64,000 nt of DNA from Candidatus Multivoradales bacterium (lineage in GTDB: Bacteria > Acidobacteriota > Thermoanaerobaculia > Multivoradales > Multivoraceae): contig CBDCWI010000002.1 in assembly GCA_965223325.1 (NCBI GenBank), positions 2,304,001-2,368,000 on the forward strand, in the 5' to 3' direction. How positions within the stretch are numbered: position 1 is the first letter of the stretch; every line of letters starts with the position of its first letter. A model generated the notes under the pieces. It saw only the letters and a program-made list of their open reading frames with translations. It was not told the DNA's origin and searched no databases. Position numbers and translations under genes: made by a program. This document shows positions 29,476 to 39,800 of this stretch, piece by piece.

Positions 29476-30864
29476 TCAAACGTGGACGGCTCGGCCGCTC
29501 GCGGCAAGCGCCGCCTCCGCCATCGCCTCCGACAGAGTGGGATGCGCGTGCATGGTGCGGAAGATCTCTTCCGCCGTGGCTTCGATGCGTAGGGCTACGC
29601 AGGCTTCAGCGATGAGGTCGGTCGCGTGGGCGCCGACAATGTGAACCCCCAGCACCTGGTCGTACTCGGTCTCGCGCACGATCTTGACGAAGCCCTCGGT
29701 CTTGCCCAGGATCGCCGCCTTCGCCAGGGCGGTGAACGGGAACTTGCCGGCCTCGACGGTGAAACCGCGCGCCTTGGCTTCTACTTCGGTCAAACCAACG
29801 CTCGCTACTTCAGGGTCACAGTAGGTGCACGACGGGACACGGTCGTAGTCGAGAGGCTCGACCCCTTCGGCGCCTGCCATGTGTTCGGCCGCCAGCACAC
29901 CTTCTGCCGAAGCCTTGTGCGCCAACCAGGGCGCGCGCACCACGTCACCAATCGCGTAGATCGACGGCACAGATGTGCGCATCCAGGCGTCGACGGCGAT
30001 CACGCCGTCGCGAAGCTCGACCCCGGCGGCCTCGAGACCGATGTCCTGGATCACCGGCGCGCGGCCAATCGCAACCAACACTTTCTCGGCTTCGATCGCT
30101 TCGCCGTCGCCTTCGAGGGTGACGGTCGCACCCTTCTTCGAAGGCTCGACTCTCTCTACTCCAACTCCGAGCACCAGCTTGATGCCGCGTTTCTTGAACG
30201 CCCGGGCGAGCTCCTTCGAGACGTCGGCATCTTCGACCGGCAGCAACCGGTCGAGCTTCTCGACCAGGGTCACTTCGCTTCCAAGCGACTTGAAGATCGA
30301 AGCGAACTCGACCCCGACCGCCCCCGCTCCGAGCACCACCAGCGACTTCGGCACCTTCTCCAGAGCGAGAATACCGTCGGAGTCAAAGACCTTCTTTTGA
30401 TCAACCGGCATCGACGCGAAGGCCCGCGGCGTCGAGCCGGTGGCAATCAGAACGAAGCGGCCCTCGAGAACCGTGCTGCCGTCTGGGGCGGTGACTTCGA
30501 CCTCGCCGGCCGCCTTCAAGCGACCAAAGCCCTGATACGTCTTGATCTTGTTCTTCTTGAACAGGTAGGCAATTCCTTTTGCGTTCTTGTCGATGACGCC
30601 CTGCCGGAAAGTGCGCGCTCCAGCACCATCAAACGACGCAGCACCGGCCTTTACACCGAAGGTCTTGGCGTGGCGGATCTCGTCGATCAGGCTGGCCGTA
30701 TGAAGCCACGCCTTGGTGGGAATGCAACCGCGATGAAGACAAGTTCCGCCAAAGGCAGGGTCCTTCTCGACGACGGCTACATTAAGCCCTAGTTGCGCGG
30801 CACGAATGGCCGCAACATAGCCACCCGGGCCAGTTCCAATGACAATCAGATCGAAGGTTGACAT
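29476..30864 (-). CDS. lpdA: Dihydrolipoyl dehydrogenase (E3)
   Basis: GTGPGGY, GGTCLHRGCIPTK, GAGAVGVE and HAHPTLSE motifs. Confidence 0.96.
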   Translation of the reverse strand: MSTFDLIVIGTGPGGYVAAIRAAQLGLNVAVVEKDPAFGGTCLHRGCIPTKAWLHTASLIDEIRHAKTFGVKAGAASFDGAGARTFRQGVIDKNAKGIAYLFKKNKIKTYQGFGRLKAAGEVEVTAPDGSTVLEGRFVLIATGSTPRAFASMPVDQKKVFDSDGILALEKVPKSLVVLGAGAVGVEFASIFKSLGSEVTLVEKLDRLLPVEDADVSKELARAFKKRGIKLVLGVGVERVEPSKKGATVTLEGDGEAIEAEKVLVAIGRAPVIQDIGLEAAGVELRDGVIAVDAWMRTSVPSIYAIGDVVRAPWLAHKASAEGVLAAEHMAGAEGVEPLDYDRVPSCTYCDPEVASVGLTEVEAKARGFTVEAGKFPFTALAKAAILGKTEGFVKIVRETEYDQVLGVHIVGAHATDLIAEACVALRIEATAEEIFRTMHAHPTLSEAMAEAALAASGRAVHV

Positions 30865-30925
30865 GATTCTTCCAAGTTGAACGGCCTACGAATCGCAGCG
30901 AGTCTAGCCGAAGCAAACCCCCGAG

Positions 30926-32092
30926 ATGACCGATTCTGGCCCCATGACTCCCCCACATCCAGCAGAGCCCAACCGACTCGGCCTGGTCCTCACCGGCGGC
31001 GGTGCCCGCGCCGCATACCAGGTAGGCGTCCTGCGTGCCATGGCGCAGCGTTTCCCCGATCTCGACTTCGACGTTCTAACGGGCGTCTCAGCGGGGGCGA
31101 TCAACGTCGCCCACCTGGGGGGCCACCCGGCAGCCTTTGATACCGCGATCGAAGAGCTGGCGGAGCTCTGGCTTTCTCTGCGGCCCGATGAGGTCTTCGA
31201 TGTCGACGCGCCGTCGCTGCTCTGGAAGATTTTGCAGTTCAACCTGCGCATGCTGCTGGGCGGGTTTCGCGGCGCCCCCGAAGTGCGCGGTAGCCTCGAC
31301 ACCAGGCCGCTACGCAAGTTCCTAGAAGGCGCCCTCGCTCCTGACCAGAACGGCAGGCTGGCGGGAATCGAGCGCAAGCTCGACTCCGGTCGACTCGACG
31401 CGATCGCGCTCACGACCATCGAGTACAACACTTCACAGACGGTCACCTGGGTCGAGGGCCGCGGGGTCGATCACTGGGAGCGCACCCACCGCCTCAGCCG
31501 CGAATGTCACCTCTCGCTCGAACACGTCATGGCGTCGGCCGCCCTCCCGCTGATCTTCCCCGCCATCGAGCTAGAAGGCAGCTACCACGGTGACGGCGGC
31601 ATCCGCCTCTCCGCCCCCCTCTCGCCAGCGATCCACCTCGGAGCAACCAGAATCCTCGCCGTCTCGACCCGCTACCGCCGCCCACCCGGCCCGCGCACCG
31701 AGGTCGACGTGATCGGCTACCCACCCCCGGCACAGATCGCCGGCGTGCTCTTGAACGCGATTTTCCTGGACAACCTGGACCAGGACGTCTCCCGCGCCGA
31801 GCGCCTGAACCTGCTATTGGCGAACGAAGCGCGCGGAAAACTAAGGCCACTAGATCTAGTCGTAGTACGCCCGTCAGAAGACCTGGGCCGCCTGGCCGGC
31901 GAATTCGAAGCCCAGCTCCCGAGCCTGTTCCACTTTGTGGTCCGCGGCTTCGGCTCGAGCAAGACCAAGAGCCCGGACGTTCTGAGCATGCTGATGTTCC
32001 AACGCAACTACGTACAACGCCTGATCGAGATTGGCGAGCACGACGCCGAAGCAAGAATGACCGACCTGGTACGCCTGGTAGAAAGCGGGTGA
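30926..32092 (+). CDS. Patatin-like phospholipase
   Basis: GGGARAAYQ oxyanion motif, GVSAG nucleophile and DGG motif. Confidence 0.92.
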   Translation: MTDSGPMTPPHPAEPNRLGLVLTGGGARAAYQVGVLRAMAQRFPDLDFDVLTGVSAGAINVAHLGGHPAAFDTAIEELAELWLSLRPDEVFDVDAPSLLWKILQFNLRMLLGGFRGAPEVRGSLDTRPLRKFLEGALAPDQNGRLAGIERKLDSGRLDAIALTTIEYNTSQTVTWVEGRGVDHWERTHRLSRECHLSLEHVMASAALPLIFPAIELEGSYHGDGGIRLSAPLSPAIHLGATRILAVSTRYRRPPGPRTEVDVIGYPPPAQIAGVLLNAIFLDNLDQDVSRAERLNLLLANEARGKLRPLDLVVVRPSEDLGRLAGEFEAQLPSLFHFVVRGFGSSKTKSPDVLSMLMFQRNYVQRLIEIGEHDAEARMTDLVRLVESG

Positions 32093-32378
32093 GACCTCCG
32101 TCCTTGCCGCTTTCTGATTGGTTGGTGCTCGTGGCTGTCGAGATGGGAGGACGGGGCCGCGCGTGGCGCCGGTGGGCGACGACCCAGGGCACGGCGGCGC
32201 TTCTTCGGACTGCCATGGGTAGCCTCGCCTGCGCTCGCCGGCCGCAGGTCGGTCGCCGCCAGCGAAGGTGTTGCTAGTTCGGCCGGCGAGAGCACCCTGG
32301 ATCGTCGCCCACGCGGCCCCCCGCGCTCTCGCGGTACTACGGCGGCAGAAAAGCGGCACCTAGACGGACGGGAGTCTC
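32091..32378 (+). other. ~290-nt nested inverted-repeat structure, candidate ncRNA
   Basis: Helices 32091-103/32366-78, 32105-16/32346-58, 32153-60/32313-20, 32172-89/32295-312 and 32234-44/32280-90. Confidence 0.55.
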
Positions 32379-32596
32379 TGTTAGGACGGGGGATCGCGCA
32401 GGCCGCTCCGACCGGGCGGCCTAACACGACAACTGACAGAGAATCGAGAGGCGCGCGACCCCAAGGGGCGCTTTCCAGGTTTCGTTGTAGACCAGACGGA
32501 AACTAGGAACAGCTCGGTGATGCCACTCCGGCGACACCTCCCCAAAGCACCGACGAGCACCTGGAGAAGCTTCTGCGCCAGCCGCCGGAGGCGCGG

Positions 32597-33396
32597 GCAT
32601 GAAGGCGCGATGTGCGAAGCACGAGCGTGCACCCCCCCTCACCCCCACTTGAACGCGAGGTGTACTCCGAAAGGGCGGAGGGTGGAGCGAGGGACTGCCC
32701 GTGTAGCAATCAGGCGGGAAGGGCGCAGGATCCAGCTTAGGTGTGCACGGGGTGCGTGGCGGATCAGGGCGGGCAAGTGTTTGAGCGGAGCATCGACACA
32801 GAAACCAGGCCGCAGGTGACGCAACGGGCCCAACAAAACCACCACCACACGCACAGCGAAGCGCAGCGAGTTTTGCCCGCCCCCGCCACGTGCCTCGGGC
32901 ACACCTTAGCTGGATGCGCCGGCCGTCGCGGAGCGGGCAGGCCCTCGCTCCACCCTCCGCCCGGCGACCCGGCACAACCCGCGAACAACACTCTCGACGC
33001 TAGCCGGAGAAGGCGCGCGCATGAAGGCGCGATGTGCGAAGCACGAGCGTGCACCCCCCCTCACCCCCACTTGAACGCGAGGTGTACTCCGAAAGGGCGG
33101 AGGGTGGAGCGAGGGACTGCCCGCGTAGCAATCAGGCGGGAAAGGCGCAGGATCCAGCTTAGGTGTGCACGGGGTGCGTGGCGGATCAGGGCGGGCAAGT
33201 GTTTGAGCGGAGCATCGACACAGAAACCAGGCCGCAGGTGACGCAACGGGCCCAACAAGTACCACCACACGCCCAGCGAAGCGCAGCGAGTTTTGCCCGC
33301 CCCCGCCACGTGCCTCGGGCACACCTTAGCTGGATGCGCCGGCCGTCGCGGAGCGGGCAGGCCCTCGCTCCACCCTCCGCCCGGCGACCCGGCACA
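32597..33396 (+). repeat. Two tandem ~380-bp non-coding units (period ~420 bp), each an extended hairpin
   Basis: Copies at 32597-32976 and 33019-33396 differ by a few substitutions and one short indel; long internal inverted repeats. Confidence 0.92.
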
Positions 33397-33479
33397 TCCT
33401 CACAATCCCGAACCGATCATCCCAACCACGACCAACCACAAACGCAGCAGCCAAGACGCCGGCCTACAAGACGCCGAAA

Positions 33480-34559
<1,080 letters not shown>

Positions 34560-34701
34560 GCGATGGATCTCCTTCTGGGAAACGGGCACGGGCCACTGGA
34601 ACGGACCTCCAGTGGGCTCGCGCGATCCCCGCGGCGCCTCTAAAAATTGTTCCGCAGATGGTAACAGTCGAACCGGGCGTCTTCTTCGGTGTCTTCTGCT
34701 G

Positions 34702-35292
34702 TCAGGCCGGTGCGAGGCCTAGCCGTTCGAGCAGGTTGCGAAGGATCCAGGCCATCGGGCCGAAGATCCGGTGACGCCCGACATGCCAGACCTCTTCCTC
34801 GAAGGCCTGGCCCTCGTGCTCGAAGACCTGCTGCTCGACCAGACGCGGAGAAGCGACTGCCACCAGGGGCAAGCCAAGAACGAAAGAGCGCTCCAGTGGC
34901 GAGCCGTCGCCGCCTGGACTGGGAACCGCCGCCACGCAGGGCAACATGCTGGTGCCATCGGCGAGGCCGATCGCATCCAGTTCGCCAATCCGCAGGACCT
35001 CGTTGGACCCCAGGCCGAGTTCACCTTCGGCTGATCGCGCCGCGGCCTCCCAGGGGTTTTCTCCTTTGGCGTAGGCGCCGGCTGGGAAGGCAATGCCCGA
35101 GGCTGCCAGAGTTTCGATCTCGGGTCGCTCCGAGACGTAGACCCAGAGTTCTCCGGCCTCGACATAGAGCGGCACCAGAACGGCAAGAGAGTCGTCGGCA
35201 CCGGCGGCACTTGCGCCATTGCCAGACGGTAGAGGGTGCGGTGGCGGCTCGGCAAGGCGTTTCTTGAGTTCGAGAATCCAGGAAGAGGTCAT
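34702..35292 (-). CDS. CoA-pyrophosphatase-like Nudix-fold protein with degenerate Nudix box
   Basis: [28 protein letters not shown] and IFGPMAWIL resemble the NudL/PCD1 family. Confidence 0.7.
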   Translation of the reverse strand: MTSSWILELKKRLAEPPPHPLPSGNGASAAGADDSLAVLVPLYVEAGELWVYVSERPEIETLAASGIAFPAGAYAKGENPWEAAARSAEGELGLGSNEVLRIGELDAIGLADGTSMLPCVAAVPSPGGDGSPLERSFVLGLPLVAVASPRLVEQQVFEHEGQAFEEEVWHVGRHRIFGPMAWILRNLLERLGLAPA

Positions 35293-35302
35293 GGCGCTTG
35301 CA

Positions 35303-36823
35303 TCATAGAGCCTGCGGGCGCAACTCTTCATCGACGAGCTCGACCTCGAACCGTTCTCGGCCCTCTGGCGATGCGCCGGGCAAGAGGAGTCGGAGGCGAT
35401 AGAAGAACCAGTCGCCCCTTGCCCACCAAACGGCGTGGACCGCTTCGGGCCTGTCGAAGCCAATCTCGAAGCGCACGTCGCCGTCTGCTTCGAGCATCAA
35501 CTCGCGGACCTCAGCGCCTTCGAGACCGAGCGAACTGGGCACGTTGTCACCCCCAACCCGGGCGACGAGCCGGTCGAGTGCCCGCGGAGCTGCGACCAGG
35601 ACTGTCGCTGGTTCGTCAGCCTCGACTTCGAACACCCCGCGTGCTCCCGCCGTCGCACCGGCGCGGGTCCAGATGAAGAGACCGGCCGGGGTCAGCTGGC
35701 CTTCGTCAGCGAGCGCGAAACGTTGGCTTGTCGGGGCAGGCAAGCGGCTCTCGAGGAAGGTGCGACCGCGTTCGGCGTAACGCAGCTCGAGCACCCGGGC
35801 CGTGTCAGGAAGACGCGGGGCAACCCAGTCACCTGGAAGCTGCGGCGAAGCAACGACCAGGGCCAGGATCCCACTGGCCAGAACCAGACTGACGCGAATG
35901 TGGTTACCAGCCAGAAACCAGAAGGCCGGGAAGACAACCAGGAACGAACGCGGGAGGTGTGCGCCCGCCCCTTCGCCAAACCAGAAGTCGAACGGCCAGA
36001 GGGCGAGTGGCGCGAGCAGAATGACCGCCAGCGCCGCCAAGAGCGCCATGCGTGCGCGCGAGGCCTCGAGACCAAAGAGCGGCAACACGACGCCCGGAAA
36101 CGCAACCAGAAACCCGACCGTCGAGCCCAGAAAGAGGAGCAGCAGGTTGCGGCGCAGGAGAGCTCCGTCGAGCGATGCGCCACTGAAGGCTTCTTCGACC
36201 CCTGCCGCCACCATCCCGTCGAGGGAGGGCGTCGCATCACCTGTGACCGCACCAAACAGCACCGCACCCACGCCGATGCCCGTTACGACACCACCCAGGT
36301 ACGGCACCAGGGCACGGACCAGGCCCGTTCGCCTGAAGGGTAGAACCGCGATCGCCGCCAGGGCGAGGGCGAGATGAATTGGAAACGTGGTCGCCGAAAG
36401 GCCCAGGCCCACACCTGCTACTCCCCAACGCAGAGGTGTCCAGAGCGAGGCCGCGCCGTCCGAAGGGTCGTAGACATCGCGCACGACCACCTCACCCGGC
36501 CGTCGGTCGATGAAGATCAGGGCCAGCGCCAGCGCTGTCGAGGCGGAGAGGAGTACCAGGCGAGGTTCTTTCTGAAGGGCGTGGCCGTAGCGTGAGGCGA
36601 GGATGAGAATCGCAACCATCAACGGTGCTGCCGAACCCACCGATCGTGAAAGGGCGAAGGCGGCGAAGCCAGCGGCTACGACCAGCAACACACCTGCGGT
36701 CAAGCGCATCGCTGTGTCGGTCGCGCCCTCGGCTGAAGCAGACGGGAGCGCGGCAGCAAGCACCACCACACAAACCACCACCAGGACCGCCCAGCTGGCG
36801 TAGCGCGAGGATTCAGGATGCAT
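35303..36823 (-). CDS. Multi-pass membrane protein, possibly GT-C-like
   Basis: About 10 hydrophobic segments and a soluble C-terminus; overlaps the upstream glycosyltransferase stop. Confidence 0.6.
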   Translation of the reverse strand: MHPESSRYASWAVLVVVCVVVLAAALPSASAEGATDTAMRLTAGVLLVVAAGFAAFALSRSVGSAAPLMVAILILASRYGHALQKEPRLVLLSASTALALALIFIDRRPGEVVVRDVYDPSDGAASLWTPLRWGVAGVGLGLSATTFPIHLALALAAIAVLPFRRTGLVRALVPYLGGVVTGIGVGAVLFGAVTGDATPSLDGMVAAGVEEAFSGASLDGALLRRNLLLLFLGSTVGFLVAFPGVVLPLFGLEASRARMALLAALAVILLAPLALWPFDFWFGEGAGAHLPRSFLVVFPAFWFLAGNHIRVSLVLASGILALVVASPQLPGDWVAPRLPDTARVLELRYAERGRTFLESRLPAPTSQRFALADEGQLTPAGLFIWTRAGATAGARGVFEVEADEPATVLVAAPRALDRLVARVGGDNVPSSLGLEGAEVRELMLEADGDVRFEIGFDRPEAVHAVWWARGDWFFYRLRLLLPGASPEGRERFEVELVDEELRPQAL

Positions 36824-38642
36824 GCCGCGCGCCCTCCCGAATTGCGGACCCGGCCGACCAGGCCCCTTCGAGCTGCGAAACCAACTGGGCTGGATCCTGG
36901 TCTTCGCTGGCAGTCGACGCAATGATCGGGGTGCGCGCATTCCCTGCTAGCAGCGCGCCCTCGACGACGTGCGCAGTGATCGACAATCGAACCGCCCCCA
37001 GCGGCCGCCGCAGCTCGATCTCGAAGTCGTAACTCTCACCCGGGTCGAGGTCGCGTGGCAGCCGCAGCCACGGTCGATGCTCGAGCTCGCAGCCGCTACC
37101 GTCAAGAAGGGCGATCGCGAGCGCGATTCCTCCCGCCCCTCGCCGACCGGCAAGCAGGCGGCAGAAGCCGGTGTTGGTGAGGCGAACGACGAACGTCCGT
37201 CGCGTACCGGGATCCCAACGGAGAGACACTTGCTCATCGCTCGAGTCGCTTGCCACAAAGCGGAGCTCCGCTGCCGGCCGCGTCCAGGTCAGCGACGTCG
37301 GTCGTCGTGGGGTGAAACCTCCTCGCCCGCCGGGCTCACCGTTACCGCCGGCTCTGTGCTCGCGCTCTTCATCCAAGAGCTCCTCGATGGCTTCCACCAT
37401 CGCCCTGGCGGCGGCATCCGGGTCGTGTTGGCGCTCGATCAACTCGCGCGCCGCGCGACCGGATGCTTCGATCCGGCCAGAATCTGCAAGCAGTTCCGCA
37501 ACCGCAGACGCCAGCGCCCGAACCTCTCCGCCCCCTCCGCCCTCTCCGCTCTCCACCTGCGCGACCGCTGGCAATGGGATCTTTACCACCGACCGGTCGT
37601 CGAGTTGGGCGAACTGGGCGTAGTCTGAAACCACAGCGCCCCGACCGAGCGCAAAGATTCGCAGCAACGAAGCCGACGTCTCGCCTGCTGTCGGGTAGCG
37701 CAGGTTGACGCACAGGTCAGTGGCGCGAATCGCCGGTGCAAAGTCTTCATCCGAGAGAAAGCCGGTGACCTGCACGCGTTCGGCAACGCCATGCTCGCGC
37801 GCCAACTCCATCAGGCCCTGACCCGGCGAAACCTCACCGCCGATCAACAACCAGACATCGGCGAGACGAGGGTCGGCAAGTGCTTCGACCACGACTCGGG
37901 TGCGCTTGATCGGAGTCTGGAAACCAAAGGAACCCAGCACCGTGGCACTCTGCGGGATGCCGTAGCGATCGCGGAGCCGAAGCGCCTTCTCATCCAGCGA
38001 AGCATCGAGGGCGGGCGCCGGCATCGGCATGGGCACCGGTCTGACACGTGCCGCCCCACCGAGCTCTTCTCTCACCGTCTCGGCTGCCCATTCGCTGTGC
38101 ACCAGGATCCCGGCCTGCCGCTCGAGCAGGACACGGTTGGCGGGCAGCGCGAACATCGGCGCATCTCCCCAGGCCGACCAGCGACGCGGCAGCGCAACCG
38201 CACCACCGACCCAGCCATGACAGGCGGTCAACTCCGCCACATAGGAGGTCATGTCGCCGCTCGCCAGGGTCCGTTCCACCAGGAGGTGATGTAGCCACAC
38301 GTCGTGCAGGGTCACGATTCCGGGGTGGGCGAGGGCGAGGTCACGAATCTCCTCGTGGTGACGGTTGTTCCCCATCTGGAAGAGCGGCACCGGCTTGCGG
38401 ACCCCGAGACGGCCGGCCTCCGACGGGTCGGCGGTGGCCTCCTTCCATAGGACCGGTCTGAAGCGCCGGCGCACCTCTAGTGAAACTTCTTGCCCGGGAA
38501 CTCTTACGACGGCCACCGAGGCGTAGTTCTCGAGCAATGGCAGAAGATCGACGCTGTAGTCGGAAATCCCCGAGCGCACCGGCGGCAGGGGGGAAACGTA
38601 GGCCAGGACCAGCCGCCCGCCTCGCGAATTGTCCTTCGCCAC
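36813..38642 (-). CDS. Glycosyltransferase family 4 with C-terminal Ig-like domain
   Basis: SPLPPVRSGISDYS, QMGNNRHH, TLHD, FGFQTPIKR and NLRYPTAGETSA motifs. Confidence 0.88.
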   Translation of the reverse strand: MAKDNSRGGRLVLAYVSPLPPVRSGISDYSVDLLPLLENYASVAVVRVPGQEVSLEVRRRFRPVLWKEATADPSEAGRLGVRKPVPLFQMGNNRHHEEIRDLALAHPGIVTLHDVWLHHLLVERTLASGDMTSYVAELTACHGWVGGAVALPRRWSAWGDAPMFALPANRVLLERQAGILVHSEWAAETVREELGGAARVRPVPMPMPAPALDASLDEKALRLRDRYGIPQSATVLGSFGFQTPIKRTRVVVEALADPRLADVWLLIGGEVSPGQGLMELAREHGVAERVQVTGFLSDEDFAPAIRATDLCVNLRYPTAGETSASLLRIFALGRGAVVSDYAQFAQLDDRSVVKIPLPAVAQVESGEGGGGGEVRALASAVAELLADSGRIEASGRAARELIERQHDPDAAARAMVEAIEELLDEEREHRAGGNGEPGGRGGFTPRRPTSLTWTRPAAELRFVASDSSDEQVSLRWDPGTRRTFVVRLTNTGFCRLLAGRRGAGGIALAIALLDGSGCELEHRPWLRLPRDLDPGESYDFEIELRRPLGAVRLSITAHVVEGALLAGNARTPIIASTASEDQDPAQLVSQLEGAWSAGSAIREGARHAS

Positions 38643-38653
38643 GCCCGGGACCT

Positions 38654-39767
38654 CTAAGGCCCTCTCTCGGCCGGCCCATTCATCTGCGTTTTGAGCCACT
38701 CTTCGATGAACGGGTCGACATCTCCGTCGAGGACGCGGTTGGCGTCGCCGACCTCGAAATTGGTGCGGTGGTCCTTGACGCGCTGCGACGGATGCAGGGT
38801 GTAGCTGCGTATCTGCGAGCCCCACCCGATCTCCATCTTCTCGCCCTCGCGCTGCGCCTGCTCTTCGGCACGCTTCTCGAGTTCGAGTTGGTAGAGGCGC
38901 GCCCGCAAGACCTTCATCGCGGTGGCTTTGTTCTTGTGCTGACTGCGCTCGTTCTGACAGCTGACGACGATGCCCGTTGGGTTGTGCGTAATGCGCACCG
39001 CCGAATCGGTGACGTTGACGTGCTGCCCGCCGGCGCCCGACGAGCGGTAGGTGTCGATGCGCAGGTCTTTCTCGTCGAGATCGATCTCGATCTCATCGTC
39101 GATGTCGGGATAGGTGTGCATCGACGCGAAGGCGGTGTGACGGCGCGCCGCAGCGTCGAAGGGACTGATGCGAACCAGGCGGTGAACGCCACTCTCACCT
39201 TTCAAGTAGCCGTAGGCATACTCACCCCGCACGGCACAGGTGGCGCTCTTGATGCCTGCCTCTTCTCCGTCTTGACGTTCGAGCAGCTCGACCTCGAAGC
39301 CACTACGCTCCGCCCAGCGCAAATACATGCGCAGCAGCATCTCGGCCCAGTCCTGGGAGTCTGTGCCGCCGGCACCAGGATGGATCTCGAAGATCGCATC
39401 GCGTTCATCGTCGGGCCCGGAGAGCTTGAACTCGAGCTCGAGTTTCTCAACCCGCGCGCCGACTGCCTTCAAGAATGAATCGAGCTCTGCCCCGGTTTCC
39501 CCTTCGCCGGCCAACTCCCGCCAGGCGCCGAGATCTTCGGCGTCACTCTCGAGCTGATCGATCGCACCAAGGCGTCGTTCGATGCTCTTGCGCTTGCGCA
39601 CCAGCGGCGCACTGGCCTGTGGGTCCTCCCAAAAGTCGGGGCGCTGCATCTCGTGGTCGAGAGATTTCAGCTCGTCTTCGAGGGGGGCGCGGTCAAAGAT
39701 ACCCCCGAAGGTGGAGTAGCCTTTCCGCAAGGTCATCGAAGCGTTGGGTCAGTTCATGTGAAAGCAC
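38654..39767 (-). CDS. prfB: Peptide chain release factor 2 (programmed +1 frameshift)
   Basis: 24-codon first frame from the GTG at 39767 ends CGGGGG TAT CTT TGA C; SPF and GGQ motifs lie in the +1 frame. Confidence 0.97.
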
Positions 39768-39800
39768 GATGTTCTCGAGGTTGCCAGCGTTCTCACCGGC

